Shown here in pieces: positions 27,129-37,262 of a stretch of DNA of 64,000 nt. Every line of letters starts with the position of its first letter. Position 1 is the first letter of the stretch. The notes beneath the pieces were generated by a model. That model was not told the DNA's origin, did not search any database, and saw only the letters and a program-made list of their open reading frames with translations. Location of the stretch: NCBI GenBank assembly GCA_000993565.1, contig LBWK01000002.1, forward strand, positions 160,620 to 224,619, in the 5' to 3' direction. The stretch comes from a candidate division WS6 bacterium GW2011_GWF2_39_15 (lineage in GTDB: Bacteria > Patescibacteriota > Dojkabacteria > SC72). A program made the translations under genes and the position numbers.

Positions 27129-29144
27129 ATGGATGCATCACAAAGAAGTGACCTGATTGGGCAGAGAAAAGTCAGACTGGAGAAAATCGAAAAGTTGAAA
27201 AACATGGGTATTGATCCATATCCTTCAACCAGCCTAAGGAACATCTCTAACCAGGAGATTATTGAAAACTACGGCAAGTATGAGAATAAAATGGTTACTG
27301 TTGCCGGTCGGCTTATGTCGTTTAGGGAACACGGTCAGCTTGTTTTTGGACATATTCAGGACCCTACAACTAGGATTCAGTTATACATAAAATCAGATAC
27401 TCTTCAGAAAACAGATGCCCGAAACCAAACATTAGGTTTTGAAGATCTTGAGCTTTTAGACGTTGGAGATATTGTTGAAGCAACGGGAATTGTAACGAAG
27501 ACTCAGAGAGGAGAGATTTCTATACTTCCGAGTACAGTAAGGCTTTTGACCAAAGCAATCCGACCCCTCCCTGACAAATGGGCGGGATTACAGGATAAAG
27601 AGGCTAAGTTCAGGCAAAGATACCTGGATCTAATAATGGATCCAACCAAGAAAGATAAGTTTGTTTCAGCCGCAAAAATCCTCTTTGCTATTAGATCCTT
27701 CTTGAACGATAGAGGGTTTCTGGAGATTAAGGTGCCGGTACTCCAACCTTTATACGGCGGTACTAACGCAAGACCGTTCAGCACGTATATGAACGCTTTA
27801 GGTACAGACTTCTACCTTGCCATTGCCCATGAGCTGTATCTTAAAAGGCTCATAACAGCAGGATTTGAGAATGTATATAACATGACAGGGTACTTTCGAA
27901 ATGAAGGTATAGACCGTACTCATAACCCTGAGTTTCAAATGCTTGAGACTATGACTGCGTATAAAAACTATGAGTATAACATGGAGCTTCTTGAAAGCCT
28001 GTATAAACATGTCGCCAAGAATGTAATGAACAAAAATGTATATAAAGTAGCGGGACAGGAAATAGATCTAATGGGCAAATGGAATAAGATCATGATGATC
28101 GATGCTATCAAGAAGTATGCTGGAGTTGATTTTGACAGAATAAAAACTGTTCAGGATGCCCACAAAACTCTTGATGAGCTGGGATACCAGGGAACAAAAC
28201 CAGATACAATTGGAGAGTGCATGAAAGAGGTCTTTGAGCTGAAAGTTGAGCACCAGCTTATACAGCCGACTATTGTTTACGGCCATCCAGTTGAGATATC
28301 TCCTCTTGCGAAGAGGATGACAACCGACCCTCGATTTGTAGAAAGATTTGAGGTGTTTATTGGCGGTGTTGAACAGGGAGATAACTGGAGTGAGCTTAAT
28401 AATCCTGTTGAGCTTTTTGAGAGGTTCAAAGAGCAGAGTCTCTCCAAAAAGATGAAGGAGAGTGATTCTGCACACCCTATGGACATAGAGTTTATCGAAA
28501 CTATGGAATACGGTATGCCTCCGACAACAGGCTTAGGACCAGGCATTGAAAGATTCCAGATGCTGTTTACAGAGTCAGAATATATAGACGATGTAATATT
28601 CTTCCCGTTAATGAAACCTGCTCCGGTTACAAGGCTTCAAAAAGAAATTTATGGTGAAGAGGCCTTAGAAGGGAATGAAAAACTTCTAGGAAAAGGGTCA
28701 GGGAAGAAGAAAGACATTGAACAGGATATGTCAAAAAAAATGGTTGTAGTGCTTAATAACTCGCTGGAAGGTTGGAAGATTACAAATACGGTGGGGCATC
28801 TATGCGCATATCTTGGAAACAACATAGAAAAGAATAGATTTGCAAGTGTTGACTCATTTGAGTTTGCTGACGGTAACACGATACCATCCAATTCACAGTA
28901 TCCGGTAGTTGCACTTGGTGCTACAGACTCTCAGCTCCATAACCTTTATGAGAGGGTAAAAGAGAAGGGAGATGTTATCCACTTAGTCTATACCAAGGAG
29001 ATGCTGGATTTTAAAGAGGATAAAGATCTTTCCAAAGCCATTTCCAAAATGAGTATGAAAGATGGTGAGATATATGGAATAGGTATATTTGCTGATGTTG
29101 ATACCATTAAGGAGCTCACTGGAAAATTCAGCCTGTATAAATAG
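27129..29144 (+). CDS. lysS: lysine--tRNA ligase (class II) fused to a C-terminal PTH2/DUF2000-like domain
   Basis: N-terminal OB anticodon-binding domain. Class II motifs: FLEIKVPVLQ, FRNEGIDRTHNPEFQMLE and GLGPGIERFQML. About 170 extra C-terminal residues end in ...GEIYGIGIFADVDTIKELTGKFSLYK, which parallels the PTH2 C-terminus (...GP...IDKVTGHLKLY). Confidence 0.85.
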   Translation: MDASQRSDLIGQRKVRLEKIEKLKNMGIDPYPSTSLRNISNQEIIENYGKYENKMVTVAGRLMSFREHGQLVFGHIQDPTTRIQLYIKSDTLQKTDARNQTLGFEDLELLDVGDIVEATGIVTKTQRGEISILPSTVRLLTKAIRPLPDKWAGLQDKEAKFRQRYLDLIMDPTKKDKFVSAAKILFAIRSFLNDRGFLEIKVPVLQPLYGGTNARPFSTYMNALGTDFYLAIAHELYLKRLITAGFENVYNMTGYFRNEGIDRTHNPEFQMLETMTAYKNYEYNMELLESLYKHVAKNVMNKNVYKVAGQEIDLMGKWNKIMMIDAIKKYAGVDFDRIKTVQDAHKTLDELGYQGTKPDTIGECMKEVFELKVEHQLIQPTIVYGHPVEISPLAKRMTTDPRFVERFEVFIGGVEQGDNWSELNNPVELFERFKEQSLSKKMKESDSAHPMDIEFIETMEYGMPPTTGLGPGIERFQMLFTESEYIDDVIFFPLMKPAPVTRLQKEIYGEEALEGNEKLLGKGSGKKKDIEQDMSKKMVVVLNNSLEGWKITNTVGHLCAYLGNNIEKNRFASVDSFEFADGNTIPSNSQYPVVALGATDSQLHNLYERVKEKGDVIHLVYTKEMLDFKEDKDLSKAISKMSMKDGEIYGIGIFADVDTIKELTGKFSLYK

Positions 29145-29244
29145 GTTCTTAGGAGTTGTTTATAACGTCTATAAGCCTCTTTTATATTGCTTTATCTATC
29201 ATCATTATATATATTATTATGACTAGATATACCAATTCTGTATA

Positions 29245-32200
29245 GTGAAAAGATCTGTCCAAATCAATTTAAGAAGCTTCTTTACAAGGAAAATCACCAT
29301 ATTTAAGTGGCAGTTCAATCTTTTTGCATTCGTATGTATTTCGATAGGTGTTGTTTTAGGCCTTTATGCGGGAGCAGTAAATATTTTCAAATCATATGCT
29401 GTTAACGATACTTTTCAGACTTGGACATTCAACATAGCCAATGCAAATAACTATACTTATGATAGTGAATTTATAGCCGTTAATAATAGCGGTGCACATT
29501 TGGGAGTGAACAAATTAACAAATGGGAGTTTGGATACTGATTTAGCAGGATGGAGTGATGCCCAAAGCTATATTATTAAGGATGAGTTCACAGATACAAG
29601 AGCTGGTGGTAGTGTTAACGGAACAAGTGCGACACCAACAGGAGGGCTGAGAAGTGTAACAGATACAAATAGTAAATTGAGTATAGGTGGAGGGTCTTTA
29701 ATATTTACAACCGGTGGGGTTGCTGCCGGTGACCCAGGATTACGATATAGTTCTATGAGTAGAACACCGGGAAGAATTATCTATGGGAAAATTACGCTTG
29801 ATAATGTTGGTAATAGCGGTTATACAACTTTTGGTTTTGATGATAACACAGTGACAAGGATTGAAGATGGTGCCCTGTTCTATGACGGACGGGTATATCA
29901 CTTTGGAGCTGGGGCAAATGTCGGGGAAGATGTGTCAAAAGGGGTGGAGTATGATACCGCAGTTATTCAACGAAGCTCCGGGTCATACCTGTTTCTTAAA
30001 GGTGGGATATATACAAGCTGGACTTTGATAAGTATCAGTAACACAGGATCATTTGCAACGACATATCCTGGTTTCGGGGTTTATACTAGCACGATCAGTG
30101 CATTGGCTGCGGGTTTGATCCGCGTCCCTACTACAACATGGATACCAACGCCTTTAGCGTACGATACTTTTACCAGATCTGATGGGAGTGCAGGAAGTAC
30201 AGAAGCAGCTGGCCCGGATAGTCAAACCACTGAAAGGCTTTCATGGAGTACCGGTACTATTTCGAGTAATGGCATGAAAATAACTCCTTCTGTGGGTAGT
30301 GAACTTGTAACAGATGGTGGAATGGAAAACTGGACAAGTGCAACCAATCTAACAAGCTGGACTGAATACTTAGCTGGAACCTCAACTCTAAATCAAGAAT
30401 CATCGATCACTCACAGTGGAAGTTACTCCTCGCGATCAGACATTGATGCTTCTGGTAGTTATGCACAGGCAGTGCAATCCCTTTCCGGGAGTATTGGTGA
30501 TTGGGTAGCTTCATCTGTATGGGGAAGAGCTTCAGCTAGTGGTAAGACATTTTACTCGATGTCTACGGGTTCACGAATTCTTACTGAAGCAGGGTCTGAA
30601 AATCCTGGAACTACATGGACTCGATATTATAACAGTTGGAGGGTGCTGTCCTCTGGAGATCTTAGTATTTGGCCGGTATACAGATCTAGTGCCTCTTCAT
30701 CTTCTTTATACCGTGATGATATCTCGGTTAAAAAACTCAGTCTTCCTTCTCTCTTCTCGGTATTATCTACCTCAGATTCAGATGTTCTTGCAGAGGTTAA
30801 TGTCACTATGGAACCTGGAAATCCTGCTGGACTAGTCCTAAATCTTGATTCAACAAGCAATCCACAGAATTTTGTAATAGCTTATCACGATGGTGGTAAT
30901 GTGAAACTGGAAAAATCTGTTGGTGGAGTATATACCTCTGTTCAAAGTACAGCTGTTACATATGTTGCTGGCGCTCCTTTGAAGGTAACAAAGACGGGTA
31001 CAAAGTATAAAATTTATTATAATAATGCTTTGGTAGGATCTGAACAGACAATTTCGGATGCAGGCATCATTAGTAATACAAATCACGGTGTATTTTCTAC
31101 ATATTCCGAAAACACATTTGATAATTTTGCCCTTTGGGCAAGAGGTTCCGGAGGTGAGTATAATGACATTCCTGCAGAGGATTTAACGGCGACATATGAG
31201 ACTACAACTAAGTATAGCGGAGCAGGTAGTGCAAAACTTATTACTTCCGGAAACAATGCTAACTTCCTTCAGAGTATTAATACCGGCGATACCAATGTTT
31301 ACTCTTTAGTTACCTACGCCTATACAGACGGTAGTGCTGTAACAAGTTCTGATCTTGTTCTGTATCACGACGGTTCAGTTGTACCAACTCAATTTACATC
31401 TGTAGGTGGAGGCTGGTACAGGTTAACAGGAACTATAACCGGTGCAGCATCGAGTAAAGATGTTGGAATCAGAGTTAAGGCAGGGAAAACTGTGTATGTT
31501 GATGAATTTCTTCTTTATAAACTCGGGGAAGTAACATTAACAAACTCCAAATTTGAAAGTGATGTTAGTGGATGGAGTGGAACACAATCATACCTGCTTC
31601 AAGATGAGTTTACAGATACAAGAGCAGCTGGGAGCGTTAATGGAACTAGTGCGACACCGACTGGAGGAGTCCGAACAGTTGCGGATACAAGTAGTCAGTT
31701 AAGTATTGGAGGAGGAAGAGTGCAAATCGGAGATGCACCGGCAAGTTACACAAATATTTCCTATCCCCAAATTACAAGGCAGTCTGGACGAGCATTAATA
31801 GGAAATCTTAAGAATAATTTTTCGTATAGTGCTCCAATGTTTGGTTTCGATGATACAGTTGGAGGGCAAATTGCTGATGGAGTCCGTTTTGCAAGCGGAG
31901 GAGGTTTTAGCATCTATGACGGTGCTCTGACTGCAGGTGTCGGAACATATGTAGCGGGAACTGATTATACGCTAGCGGTAATACAGAGAGCTGCAGGTAA
32001 CTATTATTTCATAAAGGGAGGGGCATACTCAAATTGGTCTCTTCTATACATGACTAACAATTCGACAGGAAACAGATATCCTAGTTTAAGTGCTCAAACC
32101 CCTATTACAAGTGTTTCCTCTGATTATATTAGAGTTCCCTCATTATCATGGCTTCCTACACCTCTTGCATATGATACCTTTACAAGAGCAGACGGAGTAA

Positions 32201-35200
32201 TAGGAAATTCTGAAACGACTGGACCTGATTCCCAAACTACACCTTCACTAGTATGGACAGGAGGAACAATATCGGGAAATAAAATTACTATTACGCCTGA
32301 AATAGGCTCAGAATTAGTTACAAATGGAAATATGGAAATAGGTGACCCTCCTAGCAGTTGGAGTAGTACGTCAACTTTTGATGGTGTGGCAGATGAAAGA
32401 ACAGGTGGTAGTGGTGCTCAATCAGTAGATATTACTGGAGTATCTGGTGGCGTCTTTCAGGACCTTTTATCCACAAATGGAACCTGGGTTTCAATATCAA
32501 ACTGGCAAAAAAATATTACTGGTGGGTTTCCAAAGGTTTTTGTCTATGGAGGTCCTGGTTATACAAACCCGATTTATGACAAATACGGAAGTAGCGATGG
32601 TTCTTGGCACAATTATATAGGCTCAGGGAGGGTTACTTCAACTGCACCAAGAGTTTATTTATATTTAACCACTACTGGGCATGAGTATCGTTATGATGAT
32701 ATCTCAGTCAAACCTTTAACCCTTTCATCCCTTTTCTCCACTGTCTCCACTTCGGATTCTGATGTTATGGCAGATGCTAATGTAACTCTAACTTCCGGTA
32801 CTCAAGCTGGACTAGTTTTAAATCTTGATTCAACGAGTAATCCTCAGAACTTTGTAATTGCATATCACGACGGAACAAATGTAAAACTCGAAAAATCAGT
32901 AGCAGGAGTATATACAACAGTACAGACAACTGCTGTAACATACTCAGCGGGTGCACAGCTCAGAGTTATTAAAGATGGTACTAAGTATCGTGTATATTAC
33001 AACAACACCCTTGTAGGAGCAGAACTTACAATCTCTGATGCGGGTATTATAAGTAATACAAAACACGGCCTTTTCTCAACATACTCTGGTAATACCTTTG
33101 ACAATTTCTCACTCTTTGCAAGGGGAACCGGTGGTGAATACACTGATATTCCTGCAGAAGATGTGACTGCTACATACAGTACTGTTCATAAATATACAGG
33201 TAATGGAAGTGCCTTGCTTTCAACAGGAGGTAATGACTCGAACTTTGTACAGAGTATAAACGTAGGTGATACATCTCAATACTCTCTGGTTGCATATGCA
33301 TATACTGATGGAAGTGCCGTAACGGCAAACGATTTGGAGCTATATTATAATGACTCAGTTCTTTCAACAACCTTTACGGATATGGGAGGTGGCTGGTACA
33401 AACTTAGTGGTGTGTTCACCGGTATTGCATCAAGCAAGGATCTTGGGGTGAGAGTAAAAGCAAGCAAAACAGTTTATGTCGATGATATATCACTATACCA
33501 GCAGTCTGCATACTCAATATTTAATACCGACGGATACTATAACCAGTTGGTCACATCATGGGATTCATTCTCTTCAGATGTAACCACCCCGGGAAGCAGC
33601 AGTATTAAATATCAAGTATGTACTAACGATGGAGACGTCTGTGAAAGCGGAGTGGGAGCAAACTGGAAATATTGGAACGGCAGTGTATGGTCTGCTGCCT
33701 CGAACCTTACAACACATACTAATACCGCAGCTCAACTTACCCAGTCAGTTATGCAGGAGCTGGACACGTTGACTCAGAAGATCTCAGTAAAAGTGATACT
33801 AAACCCTGATGGAATTAACTTCCCGAATATTGCAAATATGATTGTGGGTATGACTACAGATACAACTGACCCAGTCAATGCGACCCTATCCAGGTTTATG
33901 AAAACACCAACACTATCATGTGACTATACTGATAACTGCTGGACTGGGGTATCCACGCCTATTTTTGAGTGGGAAGGCGGAGATGATAATGAAAGCGGAT
34001 TGAAAGGATATTGTTTGTATTTTGGAACCGATGAAGCAGGAGACCCTGCTCATAACAAAGGGAAACTTGGAACATCCCCTGTTCCTGTTTCAGGAACATC
34101 ATGCCAATTCATTATCTCAGGTGAACAGCTGGATCTCTCGACAGCAGGATACCTTGGCACTGCTTTATCTAACGATGATACTTTCATAACATCAGCAAAT
34201 ACGTACTACCTCAATATTAAGAGTGTTGATAATGCAGGGAATGTCGTAAATGTAAGCGAAACAATTAGATTCCGATATGATGAAACTGCTCCTACGAATG
34301 TAAGTTATATATCTACACCTTCGGGTAACTTCTCTAATGTAGTTGATATGAGCTTCTCATGGCCGGTCTCCGGAGCAGGAATTTCACATGATGACGAATC
34401 TGATGTCTTAGGATGGCAGTATCAAATAAACTCTATGAGTGGAGAGTGGCAGGGTACTCAACATTCCGACCTTTATGATATTGATTATATTCCTTTAGGA
34501 GAATCGTCATATACATTAGCTGAAGTGAGGGACGGATCTTTTATAGTTTCAGGCGATAACATTATTTACTTCAGAACTGTAGATAATGTAGGTAATTTCT
34601 CCGGGACTTCGACTATAAGAACCGGAAATATATCCTATGGAGGCGAGGCACCTGATTTTGCTCCTACAGATATTGTCACGGTTACACCTACAACCAGCGA
34701 AACAAACAGCTATGCACTCTCGTGGCCGGCTGCGACGCCTTCCGTGGGTACAGAAGTGGCTCATTACTACTACATGATTAATACCCCGCCTCCTTCTACA
34801 CTTAATACGCTTCAGAGTAATACGGCAGCCTATCTGGATAACGGTACCTCATTAACGGTTTCTGCCAGAGCAATGTCAAATGTGAACAAGGGTTCAAACA
34901 CCGTTTATGTGGTTGCGGTTGATGATGCAGATGTGCCAAACTACTCTCCAAGCAACTACATAACGGGGACGTTTACTTTGGACTCTACAAATCCCGATAA
35001 TGTTGGAAATCTGGTGGTCTCAGACTCTTCAATTAAATCCCAATCCCAATGGAATGTTACCCTTACATGGACTGCTCCAGAGTATCAGGGGGCAGGTAAC
35101 CTATCATATCTTGTATACAGGTCGGAAGATGGAATTAGTTTTATTCAGGTAGGGTCAAGCTCAGGTTTTTCGTATGTAGATAGTGCTCCTGAATCAAGGC

Positions 35201-36528
35201 AGTATTTCTATAAAATTGTTACAAAGGACGGTGCTGATGCACTATCATCAGGTACAAATACCGTTACTATAATTCCGACAGGAAAATGGACTGCACCGGC
35301 AGACCTTGAGTCAGCTCCTTTTGTGAGTAGTATAACAACCAAGAAAGCACAGATAACCTGGAGTACATCTAGAGCCTCGGATTCAAAAATTGCATTTGGG
35401 ACAAAATCCGGACTGTATTTCGAAGAGGAACCGAGCAATTCAGATCAAGTAACGAGTCATTCAATTAATCTCTCAGGTCTCAACCCCAATACCACATACT
35501 TTTATGTTGCTAAGTGGACAGATGAGGATGGTAACACGGGGATCTCTGAAGAGAAATCGTTTAAGACGCAGGCCGCTCCGGTTATAAAAAATGTGTTGGC
35601 AAAAAATATAGGTTTAAGTTCTGCAATCATACAGTTTACCTCCAAGGGATCCAGCAAGGTGAAGATATATTATGGTGAAAGCTCAAACTTCGGAGGAGTC
35701 AAAGAAGTTCCGACGTCACCTATTGAGACTACATATACAGTTGAGTTAACTGGTCTTAAAGATGGCACCAAGTACTTCTATAAATTGAATGCTTTTGATG
35801 TTGAGACCAGTGAGTATGACGGGACTATTTTAGACTTCATCACCCTTCCTAAGCCGAGAATATCCGAGATAGTGCTCCAAGAGGTCTCCGGTACTTCACA
35901 GACAACAATCCTTGTTACATGGCAGACAAATACTGAGGTCTCCTCTATTATCACATACTATCCTGAGGGCAGGATTGATCAGGCAAGAGATGAGGTGATT
36001 GTTACCTTAAAGAAAGGGGAACATAAGATGATTATACGGGGATTACTTCCTCAAACGAGTTATTATCTTGTTGTTAAAGGTAGGGATAGGATCGGAAATG
36101 AAGCTGTCTCTGATTCGTATAAGTTTGCGACATCAACAGACAGTCGTGCACCGCAGATTTCCGGGATGCTGGTCGAAGGATCTACGATTCCCGCTGTATC
36201 GTCAACCGCTGAAGAGACAAAAGCTCAGCTTATCGTCTCATGGAATACGGATGAACCTGCAACATCACAAATTGAATATGGAGAAGGGACTGGTACATCG
36301 TACCCGCAGAAGACACAACTTGATAATAATCTGACTTTAAATCATATCGTAATTATTTCGGGTTTGAGTCCTTCAAAGGTATATCATTTAAGAGTCCTTT
36401 CAAAAGATAAGGCCGGTAATGAGGGTAAATCAATAGATACTGTCACTATTACGCCTAAATCAACAGATAATGCACTTAATTTGGTTATAACTAATTTACA
36501 GGAAATATTTGGTGTTCTTGGAAGGTAA
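29245..36528 (+). CDS. giant cell-surface protein (2427 aa): N-terminal anchor, two ~670-aa tandem repeat modules (lectin/LamG-like, inferred), C-terminal fibronectin-III-like domains
   Basis: Single uninterrupted ORF. N-terminal hydrophobic segment (LFAFVCISIGVVLGLYAGAV). Internal duplication visible at both protein and DNA level. Four FN3-like units near the C-terminus (for example KAQITWSTSRASDSKIAFGT...TTYFYVAKWTDEDGNTG). Confidence 0.8.
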   Translation: MKRSVQINLRSFFTRKITIFKWQFNLFAFVCISIGVVLGLYAGAVNIFKSYAVNDTFQTWTFNIANANNYTYDSEFIAVNNSGAHLGVNKLTNGSLDTDLAGWSDAQSYIIKDEFTDTRAGGSVNGTSATPTGGLRSVTDTNSKLSIGGGSLIFTTGGVAAGDPGLRYSSMSRTPGRIIYGKITLDNVGNSGYTTFGFDDNTVTRIEDGALFYDGRVYHFGAGANVGEDVSKGVEYDTAVIQRSSGSYLFLKGGIYTSWTLISISNTGSFATTYPGFGVYTSTISALAAGLIRVPTTTWIPTPLAYDTFTRSDGSAGSTEAAGPDSQTTERLSWSTGTISSNGMKITPSVGSELVTDGGMENWTSATNLTSWTEYLAGTSTLNQESSITHSGSYSSRSDIDASGSYAQAVQSLSGSIGDWVASSVWGRASASGKTFYSMSTGSRILTEAGSENPGTTWTRYYNSWRVLSSGDLSIWPVYRSSASSSSLYRDDISVKKLSLPSLFSVLSTSDSDVLAEVNVTMEPGNPAGLVLNLDSTSNPQNFVIAYHDGGNVKLEKSVGGVYTSVQSTAVTYVAGAPLKVTKTGTKYKIYYNNALVGSEQTISDAGIISNTNHGVFSTYSENTFDNFALWARGSGGEYNDIPAEDLTATYETTTKYSGAGSAKLITSGNNANFLQSINTGDTNVYSLVTYAYTDGSAVTSSDLVLYHDGSVVPTQFTSVGGGWYRLTGTITGAASSKDVGIRVKAGKTVYVDEFLLYKLGEVTLTNSKFESDVSGWSGTQSYLLQDEFTDTRAAGSVNGTSATPTGGVRTVADTSSQLSIGGGRVQIGDAPASYTNISYPQITRQSGRALIGNLKNNFSYSAPMFGFDDTVGGQIADGVRFASGGGFSIYDGALTAGVGTYVAGTDYTLAVIQRAAGNYYFIKGGAYSNWSLLYMTNNSTGNRYPSLSAQTPITSVSSDYIRVPSLSWLPTPLAYDTFTRADGVIGNSETTGPDSQTTPSLVWTGGTISGNKITITPEIGSELVTNGNMEIGDPPSSWSSTSTFDGVADERTGGSGAQSVDITGVSGGVFQDLLSTNGTWVSISNWQKNITGGFPKVFVYGGPGYTNPIYDKYGSSDGSWHNYIGSGRVTSTAPRVYLYLTTTGHEYRYDDISVKPLTLSSLFSTVSTSDSDVMADANVTLTSGTQAGLVLNLDSTSNPQNFVIAYHDGTNVKLEKSVAGVYTTVQTTAVTYSAGAQLRVIKDGTKYRVYYNNTLVGAELTISDAGIISNTKHGLFSTYSGNTFDNFSLFARGTGGEYTDIPAEDVTATYSTVHKYTGNGSALLSTGGNDSNFVQSINVGDTSQYSLVAYAYTDGSAVTANDLELYYNDSVLSTTFTDMGGGWYKLSGVFTGIASSKDLGVRVKASKTVYVDDISLYQQSAYSIFNTDGYYNQLVTSWDSFSSDVTTPGSSSIKYQVCTNDGDVCESGVGANWKYWNGSVWSAASNLTTHTNTAAQLTQSVMQELDTLTQKISVKVILNPDGINFPNIANMIVGMTTDTTDPVNATLSRFMKTPTLSCDYTDNCWTGVSTPIFEWEGGDDNESGLKGYCLYFGTDEAGDPAHNKGKLGTSPVPVSGTSCQFIISGEQLDLSTAGYLGTALSNDDTFITSANTYYLNIKSVDNAGNVVNVSETIRFRYDETAPTNVSYISTPSGNFSNVVDMSFSWPVSGAGISHDDESDVLGWQYQINSMSGEWQGTQHSDLYDIDYIPLGESSYTLAEVRDGSFIVSGDNIIYFRTVDNVGNFSGTSTIRTGNISYGGEAPDFAPTDIVTVTPTTSETNSYALSWPAATPSVGTEVAHYYYMINTPPPSTLNTLQSNTAAYLDNGTSLTVSARAMSNVNKGSNTVYVVAVDDADVPNYSPSNYITGTFTLDSTNPDNVGNLVVSDSSIKSQSQWNVTLTWTAPEYQGAGNLSYLVYRSEDGISFIQVGSSSGFSYVDSAPESRQYFYKIVTKDGADALSSGTNTVTIIPTGKWTAPADLESAPFVSSITTKKAQITWSTSRASDSKIAFGTKSGLYFEEEPSNSDQVTSHSINLSGLNPNTTYFYVAKWTDEDGNTGISEEKSFKTQAAPVIKNVLAKNIGLSSAIIQFTSKGSSKVKIYYGESSNFGGVKEVPTSPIETTYTVELTGLKDGTKYFYKLNAFDVETSEYDGTILDFITLPKPRISEIVLQEVSGTSQTTILVTWQTNTEVSSIITYYPEGRIDQARDEVIVTLKKGEHKMIIRGLLPQTSYYLVVKGRDRIGNEAVSDSYKFATSTDSRAPQISGMLVEGSTIPAVSSTAEETKAQLIVSWNTDEPATSQIEYGEGTGTSYPQKTQLDNNLTLNHIVIISGLSPSKVYHLRVLSKDKAGNEGKSIDTVTITPKSTDNALNLVITNLQEIFGVLGR
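29515..33510 (+). repeat. tandem duplication of a ~2.0-kb coding module within the giant gene
   Basis: Unit 1 (about 29515-31530) and unit 2 (about 31531-33510) share long conserved blocks, for example DEFTDTRAGGSVNGTSATPTGG and PQNFVIAYHDG.NVKLEKSV.GVYT...TAVTY.AGA...GTKY..YYNN.LVG...ISDAGIISNT.HG.FSTYS.NTFDNF...ARG.GGEY.DIPAED.TATY. Confidence 0.85.
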
Positions 36529-37261
36529 CATGAATAAACAAACTGTTATAAAAATTGAAAGCCTGTCAAAATCCTTTCATGTAGGAATTCAGGACGTTCC
36601 TGTGTTAAGAGGTATTACACTTGATATTAGCTCCAGTGACTTTACCATTATTTACGGACCATCAGGTTGCGGTAAATCAACCCTTCTTCACACTATTCTT
36701 GGACTTGAAAAGCCTACATCAGGATCAATTAAATTTTTTGGTGTAGATCTATACTCCGCGGATTTAAATGAGGATGACAGATCGGAACTTCGAAAGAAAA
36801 GTATAGGAATGGTATATCAGCAGCCTAACTGGATCAAATCCCTGACCGTTATTGAAAACGTGGCTTTTCCTCTTTCTCTGATTGGCGTACCCAAGGTGAC
36901 TAGATTAGAAGCCGCAAAAAAGGAACTTGAGAAACTGGGAATGATATCGTGGAGTAATTATAAACCGTCGGAATTATCAAGCGGACAGCAACAAAAGGTA
37001 GCTCTTGCCCGTGCCCTAATCACTGATCCTCAGATAATAATAGCCGACGAGCCAACCGGTAACCTTGATTACGAATCCGGCCTTGAACTTATGAATGTCC
37101 TCGCTGAGCTTAATCTTGTTGATAGAAAAACTATTCTCATGGTAACACACGATCTTGAATATCTTAGATATACGAAGTCTTCAATTCACATGCTAAACGG
37201 GGAGATTGTTAAAGACGATAACAGTGTCATGTCGTATAAACGTAAATATATTGAGAAGTAA
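36509..37261 (+). CDS. ABC transporter ATP-binding protein (MacB/LolD/FtsE-like)
   Basis: Walker A GPSGCGKST, signature LSGGQQQKVALARAL, Walker B IIIADEPTGNLD. Overlaps the end of the giant gene by 20 nt. Confidence 0.88.
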   Translation: MVFLEGNMNKQTVIKIESLSKSFHVGIQDVPVLRGITLDISSSDFTIIYGPSGCGKSTLLHTILGLEKPTSGSIKFFGVDLYSADLNEDDRSELRKKSIGMVYQQPNWIKSLTVIENVAFPLSLIGVPKVTRLEAAKKELEKLGMISWSNYKPSELSSGQQQKVALARALITDPQIIIADEPTGNLDYESGLELMNVLAELNLVDRKTILMVTHDLEYLRYTKSSIHMLNGEIVKDDNSVMSYKRKYIEK

Positions 37262-37262
37262 A

